Below, one piece after another: positions 1-9,362 of a stretch of 57,037 nt of DNA. Where the stretch lies: positions 1 through 57,037 of the forward strand of contig JALEGN010000019.1 in the NCBI GenBank assembly GCA_022763365.1, written 5' to 3'. The position numbers and the translations under genes were made by a program. This stretch comes from Minisyncoccota bacterium (GTDB taxonomy: Bacteria; Patescibacteriota; Minisyncoccia; Phycocordibacterales; UBA1006). The notes below the pieces were generated by a model. The model saw only the letters and a list, made by a program, of their open reading frames with translations. It had not been told where the DNA came from and searched no databases. Numbering within the stretch: position 1 is the first letter of the stretch; every line of letters starts with the position of its first letter.

Positions 1-226
1 GTTCACTCAATGGTGCCAATTGCACACGTGAAATATCAAGCAATCCAGCTTGTTCTGATCGAGCGTTACCAGATTGTCCAAGGAAACGGTTGTTGCGTTG
101 CGCCTCGGTTTGTCCAAAAATTGGTTGATAGGCATCTACAAAGTTTTGACCAATAACAACAAGAGTTAAGAGTGCGAGTCCTACACTAACACCTTTCAAA
201 AATTTTTTTAGGTTGATATATTTCAT
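1..226 (-). CDS. 5' part of a secreted/surface protein, truncated by the window edge; probable paralogue of the neighbouring surface proteins
   Basis: Manual translation from ATG at 226: MKYINLKKFLKGVSVGLALLTLVVIGQNFVDAYQ..., open to position 1. Signal-peptide-like N-terminus resembling that of 321..3374. Confidence 0.75.
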   Translation of the reverse strand, partial: MKYINLKKFLKGVSVGLALLTLVVIGQNFVDAYQPIFGQTEAQRNNRFLGQSGNARSEQAGLLDISRVQLAPLSE

Positions 227-280
227 ATGTACTATGTTAATTAACCCTTTCATTATATCATTTTTATTTATATGAAACAT

Positions 281-313
281 GTGGAAAATAAAAAACACCA
301 AAAGGTGTTTTTT
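281..313. terminator. Intrinsic terminator AAAAAACACC-AAAA-GGTGTTTTTT with adjacent GTGGAAAA motif
   Basis: Perfect inverted repeat with A/T tails just after the stop of 321..3374; near-identical copy at about 3445-3478. Confidence 0.8.
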
Positions 314-320
314 ATTTACA

Positions 321-3300
321 TTAACTTCTTAATTCTCCCCACATACAAATTGGACCTATTGTATGGGTACCATCACCATTGTCATAAGGTAAAGAGAATC
401 CACTAGAATCAAAGTCACCAAGGTCAACTAGTAAGTGGCTAGTATTACCATATGAGTTCCTTGCTATTTGATCCCATTCTATTGGTGGAACAGCCGAATT
501 GAGCGATCCATAGCTATTAGGTGTTCCCTGCCAGGCAACATTATTTGTATGATAGGCAGGCCCTATACATGCAGTTTTTGTTGTGGCGTTATCACAGAAT
601 GTTCGTGCCCAGTTATAACTCGTACTATCGTAATCGCCGAATATTTCGTTAGGGTAAACAATTGGATAACATCCTGGTGTACCTGAACCACCTGAACCTC
701 TTCCACAACTCTGAGTTGTATCAGGTTTTGGTGGTGGACAACTTGAATCAGGTGCTAATTGACCATTTTGATCTCGACATACTACTGAACGTGATTGAGT
801 TCCGCCAGAAGAACCACCTGATCCAGCATTCCAGTTACATCCGGCAACTGATTCACATGTAGATTGTGAACCTCCACTACATGATCCATTTGATGGTCCA
901 CTGAGAACACAAATTGATTGTGTTCCATTTGGATCATTAAATCCTGGGTTCGCTGGAAGAGATGTGTGAGTTATTGGTGAACACCATTCGTTCATTCCAA
1001 CCCATTCACCATCATCGTTTGCACAGATATAAGAGGTGTTTTGGTTTTGCCCTGCAGTATCTTGACATGACCCTCTAAATCGACGTCCGTTTTCACGAGC
1101 AGGGGCGTAACCATAATCTGATCGGTAAACACTTCCTGCGGCATAAACGCGTGCTCCATCATATCCGTTAGAATAGTAACTTCCATCAGAAACATGATGT
1201 CTATTCCAGCGGGTACCATCTTCAGAAATTTCATAGACATGTGGCGTTGGGAATTCAGCCCCTTGTGCAGCAATACATGCTGTAGCTGAACCAGATCCAC
1301 CACCTCCATTTGTTGAGATAGGCTGTGCATTTGTTGCACCATTTGCCATATCAGCATCTATCAGGTGTGGACAGTAATCATTAATTGTTTGGGTATTGTA
1401 GACGTATCCATCCGTCCAGTTAAACGGATTTCCATTCCAATCAATTTTTCCTCCTTGTCCTCCTGTTGGTGTTCCTGAACATGAACCACTAGACTGTAGT
1501 CCTCCTGAACAAGTTCCCCAATCTCCGATATCCCAATCAAAAGTATCATTATTTACAGGTGATTGAGATGAACAAGAAACGGTTTCTGCTCCTGAATTAC
1601 AACTCCATGTGTAGGTGGTAGGGAAACCTGGAGCACCTGCAGACGGATAAACTTGCGTAGCAGTACCAACCGAACACAATGAATCACCTGATGGTTGTGG
1701 TCCAGTTGTCCCATTAGCTGAACCACAAACCGGTGAAGCGAAACAACCCTCTGTTGTGGATGTTTCTGGCTTAGGACCCGTACCATTATCAATACATGTT
1801 TGATCTGGATGCGTGTTACCAAGAGAATCTTGACAAGTTACCACTCTTTCACGTGATGATTCTCCAGCAGGAGTAAAGCTACATGCAGAATTCTGTGACG
1901 TACATGCTGATTGCGATGTTGGTCCTGAACATGAATTGGTTGTAGTTGAGCTATTTGCGTTCCAGGTACAACTATCATTTTGTGATTCACATGCTGATTG
2001 CGATGTTGGTCCTGAACATGAATTGGTTGTAGAACCTGAACCCCAAGTACAACTTGAGTAAAAATTACAGAAACCTTCATTTCCATCAAAATTAGAACAT
2101 GAATTCGTCGTAGTTGACCCTGAAGTAGAAGGACTATTAATATTCAAGCTTAAGTTACGTCTATCATTGTGGTATTGATTTGTAACAGCTGATTGATTTG
2201 AAGGGTTACTCCAGTTAGAACTTGCAAACCAACCATTAGGATTGTAGCGAACATGTTGATTGGCATGGATATTATCACCAGCATTAAGATCAACTTCAAA
2301 ACTAAAAGTATAACTATTTCTTCCATTTTCCATTTCAGTATAGATAACTTCACCTCCTGCTGGTAAAGAATTATTAGTCCTTCTTATTCTCAACTGTGAA
2401 TTAATATACTGTGAAGAGGTACTAGTTCGTACAACAGTACCGGAAATTGTATATGTTCGTGTTTCTGGAATTTCAATTCTATATAAATTATTGAGATCAG
2501 ACGAATCATCAGCATAAGTAGTATTTAATCCAACATTATATACATGATTTGCTTCATCATATGAGGCTAAATTTCTTCCCACATTTGAACCCACACCTTC
2601 TGTAGTACCACTATCGATATTTACTTCACTTTGACCTCCAGTACTTGTGGTATATGTCCCTGAACAAGTATTAGATGAACCTGTTGTTGTATATGATCCT
2701 TCACAAGAGCCTCCATTACTTGATGTAGTTGTATATGATCCTGAACAAGAAGCAGCACTTGAATCTGAACATGGTCCATATTCTCCAACTTGCCAATCAT
2801 AGGTTAATGGTTCATCAGTAACTTCACCACCTGAACAGGTGTAAAGTGTTCCGTCTTGTTGAGCACATACTCGGCTATGTGTTGTTAGATCACGTGGAGC
2901 AAGATTCCCTGATTGATCTAATCTAGCAAGTCCGGTAACTAAAATACTATCAAAACCTGCTTGTGTTGCTTGAACTATAAAAGCTCCTGGGATTCCTCCA
3001 GGAAATGATGTTGCGCTACCACCACTAAAATTTCCAATAGCTGTTTTTCCTGTTAAATAGGCTGAACGATCAACTAATAAATTGATAAATGCAGACCCTC
3101 CTGAAACATCTAAACAAGTTTCTCGTGCAGGCGCACTTAATTCTGCTACGATACAATCTTGAACTTGGTTTACAATCCAAGATGCTGAAGTTGTGTCTCC
3201 GATAGTTAAAGAACCATTTCTTTCAATAAGATTCCCAGCTCCACCTCCAATAAATGGAACAACATTTGAAGCTAAGACACTTGAAACTCCTCCCAATAAA

Positions 3301-3374
3301 GCAAATGAGAGTGCGAGACCAAGAACGATAGATCGTGATGTTTGTGTGTTTATTTTACGCAAAAGTTTTTTCAT
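321..3374 (-). CDS. Large Cys/Gly/Ser/Thr-rich secreted adhesin-like protein with two split TSP1 (ADAMTS-type) domains and nested disulfide repeats
   Basis: Signal peptide; YDWQVGEYGPCS...SRERVVTCQD...C...PKP...C and FDWDIGDWGTCS...QSRSVVCRD...SCPPPKP..QSC; one CGSANG...LC..G...WSC repeat. Confidence 0.8.
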   Translation of the reverse strand: MKKLLRKINTQTSRSIVLGLALSFALLGGVSSVLASNVVPFIGGGAGNLIERNGSLTIGDTTSASWIVNQVQDCIVAELSAPARETCLDVSGGSAFINLLVDRSAYLTGKTAIGNFSGGSATSFPGGIPGAFIVQATQAGFDSILVTGLARLDQSGNLAPRDLTTHSRVCAQQDGTLYTCSGGEVTDEPLTYDWQVGEYGPCSDSSAASCSGSYTTTSSNGGSCEGSYTTTGSSNTCSGTYTTSTGGQSEVNIDSGTTEGVGSNVGRNLASYDEANHVYNVGLNTTYADDSSDLNNLYRIEIPETRTYTISGTVVRTSTSSQYINSQLRIRRTNNSLPAGGEVIYTEMENGRNSYTFSFEVDLNAGDNIHANQHVRYNPNGWFASSNWSNPSNQSAVTNQYHNDRRNLSLNINSPSTSGSTTTNSCSNFDGNEGFCNFYSSCTWGSGSTTNSCSGPTSQSACESQNDSCTWNANSSTTTNSCSGPTSQSACTSQNSACSFTPAGESSRERVVTCQDSLGNTHPDQTCIDNGTGPKPETSTTEGCFASPVCGSANGTTGPQPSGDSLCSVGTATQVYPSAGAPGFPTTYTWSCNSGAETVSCSSQSPVNNDTFDWDIGDWGTCSGGLQSSGSCSGTPTGGQGGKIDWNGNPFNWTDGYVYNTQTINDYCPHLIDADMANGATNAQPISTNGGGGSGSATACIAAQGAEFPTPHVYEISEDGTRWNRHHVSDGSYYSNGYDGARVYAAGSVYRSDYGYAPARENGRRFRGSCQDTAGQNQNTSYICANDDGEWVGMNEWCSPITHTSLPANPGFNDPNGTQSICVLSGPSNGSCSGGSQSTCESVAGCNWNAGSGGSSGGTQSRSVVCRDQNGQLAPDSSCPPPKPDTTQSCGRGSGGSGTPGCYPIVYPNEIFGDYDSTSYNWARTFCDNATTKTACIGPAYHTNNVAWQGTPNSYGSLNSAVPPIEWDQIARNSYGNTSHLLVDLGDFDSSGFSLPYDNGDGTHTIGPICMWGELRS
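1902..2032. repeat. Identical 44-bp intragenic direct repeat (1902-1945 and 1989-2032) encoding TTNSCSGPTSQSAC
   Basis: ACATGCTGATTGCGATGTTGGTCCTGAACATGAATTGGTTGTAG read twice, 87 bp apart. Confidence 0.9.
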
Positions 3375-3444
3375 ATAGTGATACTAAGTTAATAACTGAA
3401 AATAGTATACCATTTTCACAAAGAAAGGAGCAAGAATAGAAACC

Positions 3445-3478
3445 GTGGAAAACAAAAAAACACCAAAAGGTGTTTTTT
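3445..3478. terminator. Intrinsic terminator, near-identical to 281-313
   Basis: GTGGAAAACAAAAAAACACCAAAAGGTGTTTTTT immediately after the stop of 3481..5418. Confidence 0.8.
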
Positions 3479-3480
3479 AC

Positions 3481-5418
3481 TTAACAAATTCCGTCAAAGT
3501 CATCTGCTTGACCATTATTGTTGGTGTCATACATATCACATGCACCATACCAACAGAAGATTCCTGATGCACAATCAGAATTTGAATTACATGCATCTCC
3601 ACAAGATCCGTTAGATGAACCTGACCCAGAATTTCCTTGCTGCGTCACACATGAACCAGGACAAACATTATAAGCGTCATAGTATGACTGACAATCACAA
3701 CCACCCTGACCATCTGATACACAGGCATTTCCTCCTGGTGAGACAGGAAGTTGTGATTGTGGGAAGACTCCTGGACATTGCTGAGATAGACAATTTCTTG
3801 ATGTTTCAGGAGTTGGTGAACCACAGAGCGAATTAGAAACAACATTATTATTGTTATCTCGACACACTACAATTCGTGATTGACTACCATTTGAACATGT
3901 TCCCCATGGACCTACATCCCATGAATAACTTACCCTATCAGCATCACAAATAGCAACTAGTCCTCCATTAATACCCTGACATGACCAATCCCATGTTGTT
4001 AGAGTATCCGTTTCATCTTGATAACTACCTGCTAAACAACCATTTGATGCGTTTGCTGGTTGTGATGAGTAGCTTCCTGGGAAATTAGCACACTGTCCAT
4101 TTGTTGATGAAGCTTGATAGTTTGCAGAACATGAAGCAGTTGTTCCTCCATTTGATCCTGCACAGGTCCAGGTATAATCTGCAGTTCCCCCTCTACCTGT
4201 CGTTGTATTATCGGCAACTGTTGAGGCTGTACCTGAGGCACAAAGATTTCTCGATGGTGCTGAAGAGAAAGTTCCTCCATCAGCTGAACCACATTGACCA
4301 TTACTTGATCCCGCACACTGATTATTTGGTGGAATTGAATCAGCACAAACAAGATCACCATTTTGATAAGCTACTGAAATTTGATAATCAGGATACGGAC
4401 AATTCATTGCACCGTAGCGAGCAGGTGACCATGTTCCATCAGATTGACATAAGAATGCTGGATCAGCTGGCACTGAACAGGTTCCATTATCAGGAGCTGA
4501 TGGGTTACATACAATATCACCCTGAGCATAGATTGATGAGCTTGAATAATCTTGATACGGACAATTCATTGCACCGTAGCGAGTTGTATTCCATTCACCT
4601 GGATTAAGACCTCCACAGACCCAAGCAGGATCAGGTGTGGTTGTACAATTAGCATGATTAGGTGTTGATGTTGAACATACTCGATCTCCTGTCGTGTATG
4701 ATCCCGCTGAATCATATTCATTTAATCGGCCATAATTTGTTTGAACAGGACATGAATCGAGTACTGCCAATCCACCTTGGATCGTACCATTACCAATGTC
4801 GGTACCGTCAGCAGCTCGGTATTGAGGTCGTTGCCACTGACCGCTTCCGGTCGTGTAATCACACTGATATTCGTAGTATTCAATATCAGGACATAATACA
4901 AGTGCTCCTCGATTAGTAACACATACACGTTCAGTTCCAGAGGTGTTTTGTAAGTTTGTCGCCAAGGTATTTCCAATAACATTTACTTTTTGTACTTGGT
5001 TCAAAAGATTAAGCGGATTTCCAGAAGTATCATTAACTACTCCTTGCATTTGATTCCAAATAGTTGCCGTGTCTGGACCAATAACAAGTTTTCCTAGAAA
5101 ATACGAATTTTGAAGCACTGCAAAGGCTGCATTCGTTGCTGTATTGTCAAACCATGATACAGCCCCAGCTGGCCCTCGAGCATCTAGACCAATACCATTT
5201 AGAAAACAGTTTGCTTGATTTATATTAGAAGGACAATCACCCAAACGGAGTTCATCAACAGCTTGTTCTCCACCACCTCGATGAATCAATGGGTTTAAGT
5301 CACCGATTTGTCCAGGTGAAGCATATTGGGCACTCGCCAAAGAAACACCAGCGGTTAATACCAAGGTGACAATAGCAACATAGGCAAAATTAATTTTTTG
5401 TGTAAAGAATTTTTTCAT
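3481..5418 (-). CDS. Cys-rich secreted surface protein with three Y-x5-Y-x2-GD-x-VC repeats (CBM5/12-like), NGQC repeats and one intact TSP1-like domain
   Basis: Signal peptide ending ASA/Q; YSWDVGPWGTCSNGSQSRIVVCRD...LCGSPTPETSRNC; 30-bp repeat at 4392-4421/4554-4583 (RYGAMNCPY); C-terminal DTNNNGQAD Ca-binding-like loop. Confidence 0.8.
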   Translation of the reverse strand: MKKFFTQKINFAYVAIVTLVLTAGVSLASAQYASPGQIGDLNPLIHRGGGEQAVDELRLGDCPSNINQANCFLNGIGLDARGPAGAVSWFDNTATNAAFAVLQNSYFLGKLVIGPDTATIWNQMQGVVNDTSGNPLNLLNQVQKVNVIGNTLATNLQNTSGTERVCVTNRGALVLCPDIEYYEYQCDYTTGSGQWQRPQYRAADGTDIGNGTIQGGLAVLDSCPVQTNYGRLNEYDSAGSYTTGDRVCSTSTPNHANCTTTPDPAWVCGGLNPGEWNTTRYGAMNCPYQDYSSSSIYAQGDIVCNPSAPDNGTCSVPADPAFLCQSDGTWSPARYGAMNCPYPDYQISVAYQNGDLVCADSIPPNNQCAGSSNGQCGSADGGTFSSAPSRNLCASGTASTVADNTTTGRGGTADYTWTCAGSNGGTTASCSANYQASSTNGQCANFPGSYSSQPANASNGCLAGSYQDETDTLTTWDWSCQGINGGLVAICDADRVSYSWDVGPWGTCSNGSQSRIVVCRDNNNNVVSNSLCGSPTPETSRNCLSQQCPGVFPQSQLPVSPGGNACVSDGQGGCDCQSYYDAYNVCPGSCVTQQGNSGSGSSNGSCGDACNSNSDCASGIFCWYGACDMYDTNNNGQADDFDGIC

Positions 5419-5429
5419 ACGATTTGTTG

Positions 5430-6356
5430 TTAAACTTCGGTATAGTTAGGGATTACCGTTCCTCCTGTTCCTGGTGTTGGTGGGGTCACCGTTGATCCAC
5501 ATTGCACCAGTGCTGAATCAGTAATAGTTTGACCATTTCCACCAGTACACCTTATTCGTACGGTATCTGTTGGGTTGCTATCTGTCACCGAACCAGTAAA
5601 GGTATAGTTATTACCTGATTGATACTCATCTGGAACACTTGAGTTGTTTGAAATATTCCAGTTACTACTGTCTACGAAACAGTTAGTGACATTTTCAGAA
5701 GCCCAATTGATTTGAATTGTTCCTGAAACTGGACATGAACTTTGGTAAATATTTGAAGCCCCGTTGAGTGTTAAGCTAACAAATTGAGAACATACTGGTT
5801 CAATAATTGAAACATTTTCGAAGCTAATATCTCCTGCACCTACAAATTCATCTTGACTTCCATCTGGGAGATAGGTATATCCTCCATTAAATGCAGTACC
5901 CGTAAATCCTCCAGGGTCTGTTTGGTAACCAATTCCTGATAAATCAATAACCGGATCCCAATTACCCCAAGAATCTGGATCATTTTTTGGTGATTCAAAC
6001 TCTGCGATTTCATCAGCAGTATTTGAAGTATTCACTTCTCCAAAATCTACCCATCCAGCATATGGACTCCATCCTCTTCCTGAGAAGGTTCCAGCTTGAC
6101 GATCATAACTTACGGAAACTTGCTGAGTTGTTGTCCCGTGACCTTCACCTAAAGGATCATCATTCCAAGTTTCAGTACTCAAATAAATGTAACCAATCTC
6201 ATCTGTTTCAAGATACCCGTAAAGGTTTCCAGCAGTTTGACCAGCGGCACAAGCTTGAGCATTCACGTTTTTAGCATCTGGCATAAATGCCAAAAATCCA
6301 AAAACAAGTGCTCCTGCTGTAAGTACGCTATATATTTTTTTCATTGAAATATTCAT
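5430..6356 (-). CDS. Secreted protein with CPR-type GYxxSxxIGWIxF beta repeats and a C-terminal Ig-like domain
   Basis: Signal peptide (VNA/Q); GYLETDEIGYIYLS and GRGWSPYAGWVDF motifs; INWASENVTNC. Confidence 0.7.
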   Translation of the reverse strand: MNISMKKIYSVLTAGALVFGFLAFMPDAKNVNAQACAAGQTAGNLYGYLETDEIGYIYLSTETWNDDPLGEGHGTTTQQVSVSYDRQAGTFSGRGWSPYAGWVDFGEVNTSNTADEIAEFESPKNDPDSWGNWDPVIDLSGIGYQTDPGGFTGTAFNGGYTYLPDGSQDEFVGAGDISFENVSIIEPVCSQFVSLTLNGASNIYQSSCPVSGTIQINWASENVTNCFVDSSNWNISNNSSVPDEYQSGNNYTFTGSVTDSNPTDTVRIRCTGGNGQTITDSALVQCGSTVTPPTPGTGGTVIPNYTEV

Positions 6357-6364
6357 AGGTTATA

Positions 6365-6679
6365 TTAGTTATTACCAAAGAGCGTATTAATACGTTCTTG
6401 TCGTTCTACTCGCTCGAGTTCTGGAGCAGAATCACGAACTGATTCAAAAACCTCTTGTTGAGTTTCTTGGTCAGGAATTTGAGTTTCTGGTAATTGCTCT
6501 GGTACCGGTTTAAGATTTTTTTGATAATACCGATAACCAAACCAAACAAGAGCAAGAACTGCACATATAATTAGCAAAGTCCAAAGCCAGGTTAAATTTG
6601 ACTTTGTTGGTTCCTTTTCAGGTTGCTTGTCATGCATTTCTTCTGGAAAAATACGATTGTCGCGTAATGGGTCATTCAT
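6365..6679 (-). CDS. Small single-pass membrane protein, first gene of the surface-protein operon
   Basis: One TM helix; 8-bp gap to the next gene. Confidence 0.7.
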   Translation of the reverse strand: MNDPLRDNRIFPEEMHDKQPEKEPTKSNLTWLWTLLIICAVLALVWFGYRYYQKNLKPVPEQLPETQIPDQETQQEVFESVRDSAPELERVERQERINTLFGNN

Positions 6680-6832
6680 AATGTTGCAAGATGATATAAA
6701 TAATAATCAGATTTAGTATACCACCTTTTAAAATGGCACAAAAGCATTCACAGGCTGCCACATCCTGTGGATAAATAAAGTATATTTTTAATACTAGTAT
6801 TCAAAAAAAATAATTGACCTAAGAACCAAAAT

Positions 6833-6857
6833 AAAAAACACCAAATTGGTGTTTTTT
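6833..6857. terminator. nusA terminator AAAAAACACCAAATTGGTGTTTTTT
   Basis: Inverted repeat with T tail on the minus strand after nusA. Confidence 0.75.
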
Positions 6858-6869
6858 AGTTAAAGAGTT

Positions 6870-8159
6870 TTATTCTTCTCCTTCTTGAACTTCATCTGGA
6901 GCATCGGTTGCTTTTTCAATAGCACCTTTTAAATCTCCTAAAGAAACAAAGTCATCAGTTGATTCTTCATCACTTTCGGCCTCCTCAATGAGATCAGGAT
7001 TATCATTGGTTCCTGAGATATCAATTTTCCAGCCGGTTAATCGTGCAGCTAATCTGGCATTTTGACCTTCTTTACCAATAGCCAATGATAATTGGTCTTC
7101 GGCAACGACTACTTTCGCTTCTTTTTTCTCAACATCTCCTTCGATATCTAATACTTGGGCAGGAGCAAGAGAGTTTGCAACATACAATAACTCATCTTCT
7201 GACCAGAGAATGATATCAATTTTTTCTTCTCCTAGGTTTGACGTTACGGCATTAATTCGTGATCCTCGTTGTCCAACGCAGGCTCCAATCGGATCAACAT
7301 CAGAATCATGACTCATCACTGCAATTTTAGTTCGTGCCCCAGCCTCTCGTGAAATTGATTTAATTTCAACAATACCTGTTGCAACCTCTGGGGATTCATT
7401 TTTAAAGAGTTCTCGAATCAATTCTGGGTGTGTTCGGGAAAGGGTAATACGAACACCGCGAACTCCTGGTTCAGCAGCTTCAAGGAACACCTTAATAGTT
7501 TGCCCTGGTGTATACCATTCACCACGCGGTTGGTCTTTCCGTTCAATCACTCCAATCGTTCGTGGAGCTAATTCTACAAAAACCTTACCTTCAACAATTT
7601 TTTGAACCGTTCCTGTCAGAACCGTTCCAATCATTTTTTCATAACGTGCAAGTTTTACGTCTTTTTCTGCTTCACGTAATTTTTGCATGATCACCTGTTT
7701 TGCGGTCATGGCTGCAACGCGGCCGAATTCTTCGTTATCTTCTAGTGGATTATCTAGTGGGAAGATAATTTCGTCTTCTAATTCAGCATTAGCTTTAATC
7801 AATTTTGCATCAGGAAGATACATATGATGTTCAACATTAAATCGAACACGTTGATCAATCGGATTACCTTCTTCGTCGAGTTCCTCTGGATCTTCAACAA
7901 ATTCGGGATCATCAATTTGTTCTTGGGTGAGCGCTGGTTTTACCAAGGTGTCATCTACCACTGTTTTAACCTGGAAAAATTCAAGATCTCCTGTTTCAGG
8001 ATTAAAGTGTGAACGAATAACTTGTCCTTTGGCTCCATAGTCTTTTTTATAGGCCGCCGCAAGCGAGTGTTCTATAGCCTCAAGAATTTTTTCTCGTGGA
8101 ATATTTTTTTCTTTTTCAATCTGTTCCAAAGTCGATTGAAGTACTTTTAAATCAAACAT
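6870..8159 (-). CDS. nusA: Transcription termination/antitermination factor NusA
   Basis: NusA N domain, FGRVAAMTAKQVIMQK, S1 domain, two KH domains (GACVGQRG, SLAIGKEGQNARLAARLTGWKIDI). Confidence 0.97.
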   Translation of the reverse strand: MFDLKVLQSTLEQIEKEKNIPREKILEAIEHSLAAAYKKDYGAKGQVIRSHFNPETGDLEFFQVKTVVDDTLVKPALTQEQIDDPEFVEDPEELDEEGNPIDQRVRFNVEHHMYLPDAKLIKANAELEDEIIFPLDNPLEDNEEFGRVAAMTAKQVIMQKLREAEKDVKLARYEKMIGTVLTGTVQKIVEGKVFVELAPRTIGVIERKDQPRGEWYTPGQTIKVFLEAAEPGVRGVRITLSRTHPELIRELFKNESPEVATGIVEIKSISREAGARTKIAVMSHDSDVDPIGACVGQRGSRINAVTSNLGEEKIDIILWSEDELLYVANSLAPAQVLDIEGDVEKKEAKVVVAEDQLSLAIGKEGQNARLAARLTGWKIDISGTNDNPDLIEEAESDEESTDDFVSLGDLKGAIEKATDAPDEVQEGEE

Positions 8160-8244
8160 ATTTTCTGTTGTTATTTTATTTTAATAATGAAAATTCTCGA
8201 ATAAACAAAGAATTTCAAAATATTTTATTTATAGAAATTCTTTG

Positions 8245-8315
8245 TTTTCACTGCGCTCGGACAATATAAATAAAAAGAAAATTTTTTTATTTATATTGCT
8301 CCTCGCTTGTGAAAA
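8245..8315. repeat. Long imperfect palindrome (REP/MITE-like) in the nusA leader
   Basis: TTTTCAC-TGCGCTCGGA-CAATATAAATAAAAA ... TTTTTATTTATATTG-CTCCTCGCTT-GTGAAAA. Confidence 0.6.
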
Positions 8316-8316
8316 T

Positions 8317-8389
8317 AAAAAGGGAAATGATTACATTTCCTTTTTACATCGATAGAATAATTATAACACAGATTTTTAACAAAACGCAA
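8317..8389 (-). promoter_or_regulatory. nusA sigma70 promoter followed by a terminator-like leader hairpin (attenuator)
   Basis: Minus strand TTGCGT-18-TATAAT with extended TG (8360-8389), then AAAAAGGAAATG-TAAT-CATTTCCCTTTTT (8317-8345). Confidence 0.6.
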
Positions 8390-8390
8390 A

Positions 8391-9326
8391 TTATTCAAAG
8401 ACACTCTCATCTTCGATAATTTCAAAATAGGTATTAATTTTAATGATAGCTTCGGCTGTTTCATTCATAATCGTTTCAAGCTGCACAATGGTTGCTAAGG
8501 CCACAAGTTCATCTGATTCTTCCTGTAAAAGATTATTGGTTGAACCAGCAATCTGACTAATATTATTTACCAATTCTGTATGACGTCCAGCAATAATAAA
8601 GGGCACATCAAGTGTCGTTAGGGCTCCAAGGTAATCATTATATTTTTTTGCAATACTCCGAAGACGTCCTTGGTATTCTACACTTTCTTGGGTCGCTTGA
8701 ACCAATACTTCGATATCACTGGTTGCAACAGGATACTGCCTAAATAAAGCAGTCATTTCATCACGATAGGTATAGCTATTTTCTTGCGTATTTTCTACAA
8801 GATTAAATTGATCTCGCGTATAAATTTTTTCACCCAAGGTCAGTTCATTAATATAGGTAGTAATATTTTCTGTAATCTGTGCTTCGGTTTCTGGTGTTAT
8901 TTCTTCACCAGATTGTTGAAGAGCAATTAATGCAGAGAGAGCTCCTCGCCCAAGTTTTTGTGTTTCGGTAAGATTAGACTCAACAAAATCATCGCCAAGC
9001 TCTGCGCGTCTGGCTTCTGCACGCTTAGCTTTAATATATCGACCATCTGAAACGCCATCCCCATCACTGTCAGGATTATTAGGATCAAGTTCAGGCCAAA
9101 GTGCTTCCTCCCAATCGTATGCACCATCGTTATCTGAATCCAGATAGAGGTCGCTGCGAGTATCTTCTGTTTCATTGACGAAGGCAACATCAATAAATGC
9201 TTGTTCTTCGTTTGGTGCATAATATTTTTGCACCAAAAAGTATCCGAGGTAGACCAGCGCTAGTCCGGCAAAAATAAGAATTCCAATTCTCACCTTAGGG
9301 CTTGGTAAATATTTTTTAATATTCAT
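8391..9326 (-). CDS. Membrane-anchored protein with thrombospondin type-3-like Ca-binding repeats (CPR family)
   Basis: N-terminal TM; DSDNDGAYDWEE...DPNNPDSDGDGVSDG. Confidence 0.75.
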   Translation of the reverse strand: MNIKKYLPSPKVRIGILIFAGLALVYLGYFLVQKYYAPNEEQAFIDVAFVNETEDTRSDLYLDSDNDGAYDWEEALWPELDPNNPDSDGDGVSDGRYIKAKRAEARRAELGDDFVESNLTETQKLGRGALSALIALQQSGEEITPETEAQITENITTYINELTLGEKIYTRDQFNLVENTQENSYTYRDEMTALFRQYPVATSDIEVLVQATQESVEYQGRLRSIAKKYNDYLGALTTLDVPFIIAGRHTELVNNISQIAGSTNNLLQEESDELVALATIVQLETIMNETAEAIIKINTYFEIIEDESVFE

Positions 9327-9362
9327 AGCATTAGTATATCAAAAAAAGCTCCGCACGGGAGC

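Noticed and set aside
1902..4583. Intragenic repeats as template/variable regions of a diversity-generating retroelement
   Set aside because: Copies are identical rather than differing at adenines, and no reverse transcriptase is present.
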